A stretch of 64,000 nucleotides of DNA from Daphnia carinata (lineage: Eukaryota), in NCBI RefSeq assembly GCF_022539665.2, contig NC_081334.1, forward strand, positions 248,001-312,000, read 5' to 3'. A program made the position numbers and the translations under genes. Below, piece by piece: positions 37,907-50,300 of the stretch; positions within the stretch are counted from its first letter, which is position 1; each line of letters opens with the position of its first letter. The notes beneath the pieces are model-generated. The model made no database searches. It worked only from the letters and a program-made list of their open reading frames with translations, and was not told the origin of the DNA.

Positions 37907-40767
37907 ATCGCCTTTTTTATCCAAGTTGAACAAGGACTATATCCCTGAGCATATAGAACATGCAAAGTATAACATATGCAAATTCGATCGTGTCGGTCCT
38001 GGCGTGTCCAAGACGTTTCATCATTTATGTGTTAACTTCGGGACAAAGTTCAGTACCTTGTTGATTTATTCATATCAGCTACACCGAATGCCTTTGCTTA
38101 TTTTTACATATTTTAATGTGGTTACAACAATAGCAACATTTAAAACAACTGCATAAACGTTTATAGCGTGTTATTAACTCATCGTCGGCCGTTTGCAACC
38201 CCTTGCAACATGGACGCCGCTGCAGAACGTTCGCCTTCACTTTCGTTCCCGTTGCCTCACGCACGCATTTGATCCATTTGGCAAAAACAAATATACCAGT
38301 CTCATTTCGATCGGTGATTGATCAAAGTGACGACCCGCTGTGGCCAGACTTCCACCTGTGCGATAACTATATATATACAAGCCCGTGATTGCATCGTGAG
38401 CCCTCGGCTCCCGTATACTTCAACGTTCGCTTTCAATTACAGCCAACAGGTATACACACGTTGAATAGCTTTTTTTCATTGCATTTTTATACAAAGTGCA
38501 ATTATAAATATATTTGCACCCCAACGATGTTCTTCTATTTCTACGAATTCACGCTCCACTTGGGGTTGACCTAACGTCTTCGTACCCTCGTTATATTTTC
38601 GTTTCGTATGTAGGCAATTTATTTATGTAATAGCTTTCCGAGTAGTACGCGATAACGTATGTGGCCCCTTCGTTGTGCGTTAACACATGCGTCATCCCGC
38701 AATATAATACACGCCAAACTGTTTTATCTAACATACAGTATGTGTATTATAGCTTGTCAGCTTTTTTTTGCACAGAGCCCTATAGTTGCGCACATTGACG
38801 TATTGGTTCGTTTACAGCATCGTGTTTGTTTGAAATAAAACCGATCAATACTATATCGTTCAGCCATTCTATATATAGCAAATCGCAAGGACATCCCCAT
38901 TCTCACGATAGTCGTTTCATTGTCTTGTGTGTTTGATAAACATAACGTTCATTTTAAAGTCCCCTCGTATATGCAGTTGGAGGTCACTAGCGGTTGCATC
39001 AACTGAGATAGAAACATTTGACGATCTTCTGGCCCTTTGTTTTTTTGTTTTTTTTAATGTGAATGCAAAGTACGTTGTCCAGTTTTTAGTTACACGAGGA
39101 AAAGCTTTTTTTATTATTTTTTTCAATGGCTATAACGTGGTGAACTGGATGCTGTGTTATGTGATGTCGTAAACCCCCAAAAAAGATGCTGGTTGTTTGT
39201 GTTTTTGGAACGTGAGATCCCGCTTTACCTAATCTATAGCGAGAAACTTCAAAAGGAACAAAAAAACACACACAAAATCTAATTTGTGGGACCGACACGT
39301 TTTTTTTTAGGTCCGGCTGATATACTTGTGTCACTCTTTGTGTGTGTGTGTGTGCTATGTACGAACCAGCATTTGGAATCCACAATCAAAAGACTGAAAA
39401 ATAGCGCAATGTTGCGGATGTTCGAACGCATTCGTTCACGCCGAATCACATTATAGTTAGCCCTCGTTTTTTTTTTTTCGCTTTGATGCTCTTTGTCTGA
39501 AAATAGCCATTTTTGTTATTTGCGTGTCGTTTGATCTTCTCCGCTTCCTGTTGCTAAATTCCAGTTCGTATAGCGACCATTTTTCGATCGCCATTCTCTC
39601 CACATAAATCGATACATTGAAGAAAAAACAGGGCAATTGTTATTATAAACTTTGATCTCCATTATAAAATGGCCAGAAATTCATATTAGAGCGCGTGTAT
39701 TTTTGCATGAAAATCCATTCTTTCCGCAACAGACATCAGAAATCGTTCCAGCTGCTTGAATGTCATATAGCAGGATTGCATCCATGAAAAAAAAAAAATA
39801 TGAAAGGACATTTGATACATCCAAGCCTTAAGAAGAAAATAAAAGAATAAATCGGATCGGCCGTTTATAGATCATGAGGACGGCCGGAGTTCCTGATCGG
39901 GAGAGATTGTGAAGTTTTAAAAAGCGGGAAAAACATCCCTTCCCATTGATTCCGTAATGCCTACATAGCAACAGGAAAAAGAAATTCCGTCTTATAATCT
40001 GTATGTTACAAAAGAGATTGAACATCAGACAGTATAGAGCTCTTGGGTATTAGGTACGGATTAGAACGTCCCCTCCTGCTGGCCATGCCCAGCTATTGCT
40101 TGTTACGCACGCTAAAGCCAAGGTAAAAAAAGAAATGTGGGGAAATAAATGTTTCGTTTCAAGTTTTTAGATTTCCCTTGTGTTCGGCCAGTGGTGTGCA
40201 CAATTGAGAACATCGCCGGACAATCCGGATCATTTTGCCATTGGTACAATTTCATGTAAATATTATGTGCGTGAGTTTTCGTTTGAGAGTAGTATCTATT
40301 TTAGTTTTTTACTTAAGGAATAGTCGTTTTTATTATTACGTAGGCTGTACACCTATTATCGGGGCTCCATTCGTGTACACGCTTGATTAGGCAATCATCG
40401 GTGCTCCGAGGGCGTTAAAATGACGTGCCACGCCCTGATGCACACACGCAACCGGAAGAGCATTAATGACTCATCCAATTTTTTTATACGGAAAGAAAAA
40501 GAAAAGGGTAATACAGATTAAATGTCGGTTAATGTGCAATAAAGTATTAAACGAGAAGCAAGCGAGAAATTGCCAGTCAGCTGGTATACAATCTGAATTT
40601 CTGCAATTAAAAATTTCAATTCGTTTTGGAATTTTGGCAAAATCTAATCGTTAAGATTAAAAGCGGGGAAAACGCATTCAATAGGAGCAGCATCTTTGAC
40701 GTCACTCACGATCGTTGTCAACGTAGACTTAAACTCAAGATGGCTGTTGAACTGCTTTTCTTACCAG

Positions 40768-42139
40768 ACCACTACTGCTGCGCCGTACTACACCACTACG
40801 TATGCGGCACCCACTTACTACACTACAAAGGCGCCCGAGTACTACACCACGACGTATGCAGCTGCAACGTACTACACCACAACATATGCAGCTCCTGCTT
40901 ACTACTCGACAAAGGCGCCCGAGTACTACACCACGACGTATGCTGCTCCTACTTACTACACGACAACATATGCTGCTCCTGCTTACTATACCATAAAGGC
41001 GCCCGAGTACTACTCTGCACCGAGCTATTACACAGAGGCACCAGTGTATTACACAACGACCTACGCCACTCCAAGCTACTACACCGAAGCTCCCGCCTAC
41101 TATACCACAAAGGCCCCTGAGTATTACACCACAACGTACGCTTCTCCGTCTTATTACACTGAGGCCACGAAATATTACTCTGCACCGAGCAACGACTGTG
41201 TCGTACTACACCATGACAGAGGCGCCCAAGTACTACGTGGCTCCAACTTACTATACCGCTGCTGCCCCGTCTTACTACGCCGAGCCGACATACTACGCTA
41301 CCCCTAGTTATTATACAACGGCTGCTCCTTCGTACTACGTGGAACCTACTTACTACACTACAACTTATGCTGCCTCGTCTTACTACACAGAGGCTCCTCA
41401 ATACTACTCTACGAAGGCTGTGGAATACTACACCACCACTTACGCCGCTCCAGCGTACTACACTGAAGCTCAACAATACTATACTACAAAGGCTGCCGAG
41501 TACACAACATCTGCTGCGCCAGGCTACTATACCGAGCCTCCCATGTACTATACCACAACATACGCCGCTCCAGTTTACTACACCGAAGCTACCAAGTATT
41601 ATTCAGCCCCAAGCTATTACCAGACTGAGGCGCCACAATACACCACAATGTATGCTGCTCCAGTTTACTACACGGAAGCTCCGCAATATTACACCACAAA
41701 GGCTCCTGAATACTACACGACTAAAGCCCCGGAGTATTACACGCAGAAGATTGAATACTACGCCACAACATACACTGCCCCGGCTTACTACACCACAAAG
41801 GCTCCTGAATACTACACCACAAAGGCTCCTGAATACTACACTACAACGTATGCTGCTCCGAGCTACTGTTCCGAGGCCCCGAAGTACTACACCGCAATCT
41901 ACGCTGCCCCGACTTATTACACCGAGGCTCCGCAATACTACACTACAAAGGCTGCCGAATACTACACGACGAAAGCCCCGGAGTACTACACCAAGAAAGC
42001 GGAATACTACACCGCAACTTACGCAGCTCCAACTTACTACACTGAGGCTCCCCAATACTATACTACAAAGGCCCCCGAGTACTACACCACACCGTATGCT
42101 GCGCCAAGCTACTACACTGAGCGACCAAAGTATTATTAA
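40768..42139 (+). pseudogene. Tyr/Thr-repeat protein copy 3 with one frameshift
   Basis: Putative acceptor TTTTCTTACCAG at 40767. The two overlapping ORFs (40696-41307, 41198-42139) join through a frameshift near 41190. No signal-peptide exon was identified. Confidence 0.75.
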
Positions 42140-44205
42140 TCGTGAAAATTGTTTTGTCGGTCAGGCTCAATAGTTAAAGATAATTAGATGTTGTTTTATT
42201 ATTTGCTGTCCTCGTTCCAAAAAGAGTATTTCCCACAGCCATTTATTTATGCATTAACTAGTCGTTCCGTACGAATGTGGTTTATAGATGGAATGTTTAA
42301 TACAGCTATATGTCGTTATTCAATCTGTACTTTTTCTTATTTTCTATTACATAAAGCGGATAAAGACGATTTCCGTTGGTGTTCGTACAACATCGTAATG
42401 TCTGAATACAGTTATGCATTAAGAAATTTATGGGAAATATATCATAGTTATTCAGACGATTGCAATAAATGTATTCATATAGACGCTTAGCACAAAGTCG
42501 CATTTATTCATTGCGTTAGTCAACAAGCATTGTTGAGTTGTGGTCCAAATCCATTTATCTTTCGGTATTTAATTGAATAACAAAACGAAATGTTAATTTT
42601 GTTTTCAGTTTGCAATTACACAGTTATTGGCTATTTCTTAATTTCGCGCTGACATTTCTACGGCAAGGAAATGCTTATTAAATATTCGGCAAAAAGAAGT
42701 TCCGGTTTGTCAGTTTTGATTTTAATTATTGAAAATATAGCCAAAAAAGTTGCGCTAAGCACTTGAACGACATACTGGTATCCTCCAGAACTGCCCGGAT
42801 GGACTGAATCGTATAGTACAGCTATTGATTCAATCCATCGTGACATCAGCTGAGAGCTCTTACATCTCTATTCAGTTTTGCATTGGAATGGGTGGCCAAT
42901 CCCATACCAACACTTGACGTTTCGAGTTGGTAATTGCTTACAGGCTCTTGGTACTAGTCCCACCATTGGGAGGGTGCCATACCCAGTCATTGTTCAAGTG
43001 CCGCTACTGTGAGATGTTCACGCAACTATTATATACCGTGAATTACGGCACCAAAACAGGTTGCTAACGCAAACGTGGATTTTCCGTCATAAAACACCTC
43101 CCATTTAAATCCTGTGAAACTATTGCGCAATGTAATAAATGAACTGTATTCAGAAAATAGCGATAAATGACATCCAAGGTAATTATAAAACAAAAAACTT
43201 AAGGAAATTTTTAAAATTTTCAATTATTATGTCTCACTCACGAATTAGGGCGTGGCATCACGCACCGTGAACGATATGCAAGAATACTCCATATCACCTG
43301 GCGGCCAACATTGACACTAATGTGTTCCCGCATTGGCTGGGTATTATTGTAGTTGTCAGGTGAAAATTTAAGTTAAAGCCAATGTAGGATCGTCATTAGT
43401 TATTTTTGGCATTCATATACACGTATAAGTAGCCCTGTATATGCAGCTCATTGCGTCTAGTGGGCCATAATACTTCAATAATCACGCTTTCCAAATTTCC
43501 GCTTTGGAAAACAATGACCTACGCCACATCCCAGGACTTATCAAGTCTAGTAGACAAATGTTTGTTCGTAATTACAACCCACCCAGTTGCCACCATGAAT
43601 ATTTCCACAAAGGATTTTTGAACGTTGGTTTACCTATTGGATTTTTCCTGCACTACATGAATTTCTGAATCTGCATCTGGATGGATGAAACGTGAATTTT
43701 TCAAATAATTTAGGTCTGGGGATGTACATGGGACGCTTTTCTTATAATCACCGACTACGGAAAAGAAAAGATGACATCATTCATTAGCCGTTACACAAAT
43801 CACATCCATTTGTGGTTTCCTCGTTGTCAGCCAAATTATAGGAATGAATCAGTGAGAGAAGCATCTCGCAACACGGGTTTAATAAAATAAGCGTTCAACT
43901 TGTTTTAAAGATAATTCTGTTGGAACACATTTACACTTCTCTTGTGTATGTGTGTTGTCTTGTGTGTTCTCTTTAATGCGTTATGCATTAACGAGAAATT
44001 AATGTTGACGTTTTTATTGTATTAAGTATAGAATGAGCATACATTGTTAATTCACGAACAACACGCACCTTTAGCGCGTGTCATAGCAACAAAAACGCCA
44101 AACCGTAAGGTGGGGTAAGAATATTAGCTGTTACGTCACTACCTGCCAGGTGCACGTGTCGTAACCGCAGGGCTAATGAATCGAAACAGGGTAACTTTGG
44201 ACGCA

Positions 44206-44238
44206 TATAAAATGAGAGACAACCATAATTTGATCAGT
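44206..44238 (+). promoter_or_regulatory. TATA box and arthropod Inr of Tyr/Thr-repeat gene copy 4
   Basis: TATAAAA at 44206 and TCAGT at 44234-44238, with its A 30 nt downstream of the TATA start; upstream of ATG 44323. Confidence 0.7.
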
Positions 44239-44322
44239 GTAGTAAACCATTTGGACTCAGTAACATCAGGACTACAATTTCCATCGGTTGTAGTTCACTT
44301 CGTGTTTTCCAGCTTTGTAATT

Positions 44323-47300
44323 ATGGGTAATTCAATGTTACATTTTCTATATAGTCGTAGGATAAACCTATGATTTATTTTGGTTGCAAGCAATTGTAAT
44401 AAATTTGTGTGCGTTTGCGCAGTATCCGATTGGAGCATGAGATTTATGTGTATGTATTTTGTTTCAGCTAACTACGCCGCGATGCTGCTGTTGGCCGTTG
44501 TCTCTCTGATGGCTGGACAGGCCATGGGTGGACCAATGGGGTCGTCTTCTTCTGCGTACTACACCACTCCGCCGCCTTACTACACCACGACGTATGCTGC
44601 GGCCAGCTACTACACCACCAAGGCTCCCGAATACTACACCACGGCCAGCTACTACACCACCAAGGCCCCTGAATACTACACCACCAAGGCTCCTGAGTAC
44701 TACACCACCAAGGCTCCTGAGTACTACACCACCAAGGCTTCCGAGTACTACACCACCAAGGCTTCCGAGTACTACACCACCAAGGCTTCCGAGTACTACA
44801 CCACCAAGGCTTCCGAGTACTACACCACCAAGGCTTCCGAGTACTACACCACCAAGGCTTCCGAGTACTACACCACCAAGGCTTCCGAGTACTACACCAC
44901 CAAGGCTTCCGAGTACTACACCACCAAGGCTTCCGAGTACTACACCACCAAGGCTTCCGAGTACTACACCACCAAGGCTTCCGAGTACTACACAACAAAG
45001 AAGGCCGAGTATTATACAACAACATATGCTGCTCCCAGCTACTATACAAAACCTCCACAGTATTACACGTCCAAATCGCCGGAATACTACACTACAGCCT
45101 CCTACTACACAACTACGTATGCTGCTCCGACGTACTACACAACGACATACGGTACACCGAGCTATTCAGCTGAAGCTGCCCCTACATATTATGCTGCGCC
45201 CAGCTATACCACCACTACAGTTGCCTACTACACGACAACAGAAGCAGGCAAATATTATGTAGCTCCAGCATACTACACCGCAGCTGCCCCGTCTTACTAC
45301 GCTGAGCCGACATACTATACTGAAGCCCCGAAGCCTTACGCTGCCCCAAGTTACTACACAACGGCTGCTCCTTCGTACTACGCGGAACCTACCTACTACA
45401 CCACAACTTATGGTGCCCCGTCTTACTACACAGAGGCTCCTAGTTACTACACCACAACGGCTGCTCCTTACTACACCACAACCTACGCCGCTCCAGCATA
45501 TTACGCCGAGGAACCCAAGTACTACACTACAAAGGCTCCCGAGTACACAACAATGTATGCTGCCCCAAGCTACTATACCGAGCCAACCAAGTAAGGTAAA
45601 AGAGCGAATTGGGACACAGGCCCGGTTCCTGCTAATTTGGGACAAAAAACATACATTTCGTCGCATCACGAATGGTATACTGATAGGGGTTCTATTGGGA
45701 CATCTTATAGGCGAATTATAAACTAAAAGGGGGGTTACGCAATTTATCAAAAGGGCAAAATTTAAAACATAACAATATTCGAGAAAACGGTAATTGAAAT
45801 CTGTGCGTTTTGCTTGCGGGCGAAAAACCTAAACAGCGTACGATTTGTTAGCTGACACCTGGACGGCACAGGAAATTTCTAAGGTAAAATTGAAGAAACC
45901 CATTAAATAATTATATCAAACAGTAGAGCAAGTTAAGTTCTACAGATTAAGTACAAGTCTGTCCCATTAAATGCTAGTATTATTCTAATATTACAAACCA
46001 GAAAAAACCCCCATTCCTGCTAATTTGGGACAGCCGACGCTAATTTAGGACACAGATATTTTCGAAAAAAAAAAAAAAACTTTTTTTCAATATTTTTACA
46101 TCAATCGACGCAGAATTCAAAAATAAATCGATTGATGTAGGATATTTATCCGTTTTTTGAATCATTTTCATAGAAATAACGCAAAAATACTTTAGGGACT
46201 TAGAATCTAGTCTGGGTTCATCCACGCAGCTTTTTTAAAAAATTAATTTACATTCTTTCACTTTTTTTTTCGTAACTTCAAAGCCAATAAACTTTTTATA
46301 TTTTTAAAGGTAATTCCGTATTTTTTATTTCATTTTACCAGTGACTAAACGAGAAATTTTTCGAAAACTGTTGTCCCTTATTGGGACACAAGTTTATTTG
46401 TAGTTTTTTTCAGAAATTTCAGTGGTTTTTCACGCTTTTCATGTTCCTTTTACTTGTCGTAGAAGAAATTTGTTAATAAGTCATTGGTTTTAAGTAAAAA
46501 TCAAAAAAAAACTGTTTTGTTGTTCTCGTCATAGTCCCATTTGATTGTGCTTTAAGCGAAAGCGCTAATTCTGGACACTGTTTTCGAAGGGCGTGGGGTG
46601 GCGGTAATTTTCATATTTTATCTTACGACATGGCACAGTGGATGAATGCCTGGATGGTGAGACGGAGGTCTGAGGTTCAATTCTCAGCAGCTCAAATATA
46701 ATCTTGTGTTTAATTAATACATTCGATGTATTTATAGGGACGATAGACGATATCTGCCTATCATGTCAAATAAAATCCCCAAAAAGTAATATTTTTGTCT
46801 GCATTTTGGGGTAACATTTAAATAGTATTTATAAATAGAAGTTTTATCATCAGAAGTTTGGTAGCTCAGAGGTAAAGCATTAGACTCATGATAATAAGGA
46901 CTGCAGTTCAATGCCAGATAGAAGTTAAAACTGAATAGCTATTTTGCAGAACGCTAGGAAACTATCATACAGCAGTAAACATATAGTGACGAAGTAAAAA
47001 ATTCTTAATGAGTTTTCTTTTTTCTGCAATTTTTCTTACAAACTGCGATTCAACAATATCGCACGAAATGTGAAAAAATCAAGAATGATGTAAAACAACA
47101 ACGAAAAACAACAACAGCCATGTAGGGAAAATTTATATGAATCTATTAATCGCAATGTTTGTTGATATTGCGTTAGTTGAATATGTCTTTAGTGATTTCA
47201 AAATATCTCACACATAGGGAAAAATTGCAAATCGATTTAATTGAACTTCGCATGTTGTGCACTGTCGGTATAGAACCATACCATTTGGTGTTAGCAATCC

Positions 47301-50300
47301 AACGTCTTACCACTACGCCATGGCTAATAAATTTTTTTGAAAAGCATAATATGTCACTTAGTATGTAGTCTGCTGTCCCAAATTAGCGTCACGGGGGCTT
47401 ATGTAAAAAACATAAGAATTGCAATGACTAATTAGATTAATATTATCACATGATTTTCATGATAAATTCAACTGCCATGTAGAGGAAAGCTTATCGATTC
47501 TATCGATACCAGTGTTTGTTGATATTGCGTTAGCTCAAGGCGTCATTGAAGATTTAAAAGAATCTCACAAAATGTGATAAAAAGTGAACAATTTAGGCAA
47601 AAGTAAATTTTGATTTTCTACAACTGGAGTTGAACCATGATTCTTCAGGTTGGCAATCCAACGTCTTACGACTATGCCACCCTTGACATATTGTAACAGA
47701 AAACTATAATAAGTCATTTAGTATGTAGTGTGCTGTCCCAAATTAGCTTCATGGGAGCTTATGCAAAAAACACAAGACTTGCAATCACCGATTAGATGAA
47801 TATTATAACATGATTTTCACAAAATATTCGACAACCATGGAGAGAAAACTTCAACGAATCCATTGATCCTAATATTTTTATATTGTGTTAGTGTAAGGTA
47901 TCTTAAGTGATTTAAAAATATCTCACAAAAAATGGGAAAATTCAAAAAATGAAATAGTAGTGACTGGTCAGTATAGAACCACGATCCTATTGGTTAGCAA
48001 TCCAACGTCTTACGACTATGCCATCTTGAATTAAACATTTTTCAAAAGCATAATATGTCATCTAGTATGTAGTCTGCTGTCCGAAATTAGCGTCACGGGA
48101 GCTTATGTAAAACACATAAGAATTGCAATCATCGATTAGATGCATATTTTTACATGATTTTCATATGACATTCAATAGCCATGTAGAGAAAACTTAAACG
48201 AATCAATCGATCCCAATATTGTTGATATTGCAGTGGTGTAAGGTATCTTAAGTGATTTTAAAAAATCTAACAAGAACGGGGAAAATGAGGAAAGGAGGAT
48301 TAAAAAATTTAAAACAATGACTTGACAGTATAGAACCATTAACCTTTTGGTCTGGCAATCGAACGTCTTACGACTATGCCATGGTTCACACAAAGAAGTT
48401 CAAAAGCATAACATGTCTTTCTGTATGTAGGCTGCTGTCCCAAATTAGCGTCACGGGAGCTTATGGAAAATAGATAAGAATTACAATCAGACATTAGATA
48501 AGTATTCTCACATGATTTTCATAAAATATTTAACAGCCATGTAAAGGAAACTTAAACGAATCTATTGATACCAGTATTGATGATATTGCTTTAGTATAAG
48601 GTGTACTAAGTGATTTCAAAATATCTCACCAAATGGCAAAAAATTCAAAAATAAGGAAAAAAAAAACTTATATATAGTTCCCATAGAGTATAGATCCTTC
48701 AGCCTTTATGTTGGCAATCCAACATCGTACGATTATGCCATACTGAATAAAAATATCTTGAAAAGCATAACATGTGTCTTAAAACGTAGTCTGCTGTCCC
48801 AAATTAGTGTCATGGGAGCTTATGTAAAAAACATAAGAATTGCGATCACTGATTAGATAAATATTGTGACATGATTTTCACAAAATATTCAACAGCCATG
48901 CAGAGAAAACTAAAACAAATCAATTGGCACCAATATTATTGATATATCTTTAGTTTAAGGTGTTCTTAGTGATTTCAAAAATATCTCACCAAATAGGAAA
49001 ATTTCAAAAACGAGAATAAAAAAATTAAATGTGGTGCCAATGCGGTATAGATCCATCAACCTTTATGTCAGTAACCCACCGTCGTACAGCTAAGCCATGG
49101 TTAACACAACTTGACAGAAAAGCCTAGCATGTCATTTAGTATGTAGTCTGTTGTCCCAAATTAGCGTCATGGGGGCTTATGTGAAAACATAAAAATTGCA
49201 ATTACCGACTAGATGCATATTTTCACATGATTTTCATAAAATATTCAACAGCCTTGTAGAGAAAACTTAAACGAATCTATTGATCCTAATTTTATTGATA
49301 TTGAAGTAGTGTGAGATATCTTTAGTGATTTCAAAATATCTCACAAAAAAAGGAAAAATAAGGTAATGAGGAAGACGAAAATTGAAAATAGTGTGTTGCC
49401 AGTATAGAACCATTGTGCTTCAGGGTGGCAACCGAACGTCTTACGACTACGGTATGGTTAACAAAATGTAGTTAAAAAGCATAAAATATCTTTTTGTATG
49501 TAGTCTGCTGTCCCAAATTAGCGTCATGGGGCCTTATGTGAACAACATAAAAATTGCAATCACCGATTAGATGGATATTTCCATATGATTTCTATAAAAT
49601 ATTCAATAGCCATGTAGAGAAAACTTAAACGAATCTATTGATCCTAATATTATTGATATTGTAGAGGTGTGAGGTATCTTTAGTGATTTAAAAAAAATCT
49701 CGCAAAAAAAGGAAAATGAGCAATTAGGAAAACGAAACTTAAAAATAGTGCGTGACAGTATCGAACCACTAACCTTTGGAATCGCAATCGAACGTCTTAC
49801 GACTATGCCACGGTTAATAAAGTATTATTAAAAAGTATAACATGTGTTTTTGTATGTAGTCTGCTGTCCCAAATTAGCGTCATGGGGCCTTATGGGAAAA
49901 ATATAAAAATTGCAATTACCAATTAGATGCATATTTTCACATGATTTTCATAAAATATTCAACAGCCATGTAGAGAAAACTTAAACGTATCTAATGATTA
50001 TAATATTATTGATATTTTTGTAGTGCGATGTATCGTTAGTGACTTTTAAAATATCTCAAAAAAAAGGAAAAATGAGGAAAATGAAACTTAAAAATAGTTT
50101 GTGGACAGCATAGAACCATTATCCTTCAGAGTGGCAATCGAACGTCTTACGACTATGCCACGGTTAACAAAATATAATCAAAAAGCATAACGTGTCGTTT
50201 TGTTTGTAGTCTGCTGTCCCAAATTAGCGTCATGGGGGCCTTATGTGAAAAACATAAAAATTGCAAATACCGATTAGATGCATATTTTCACATGATTTTC

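Noticed and set aside
44468..45262. Alternative-frame ORFs (STRKPWWC and TTPPRLPS repeats)
   Set aside because: Shadow frames of the Tyr/Thr coding repeat.
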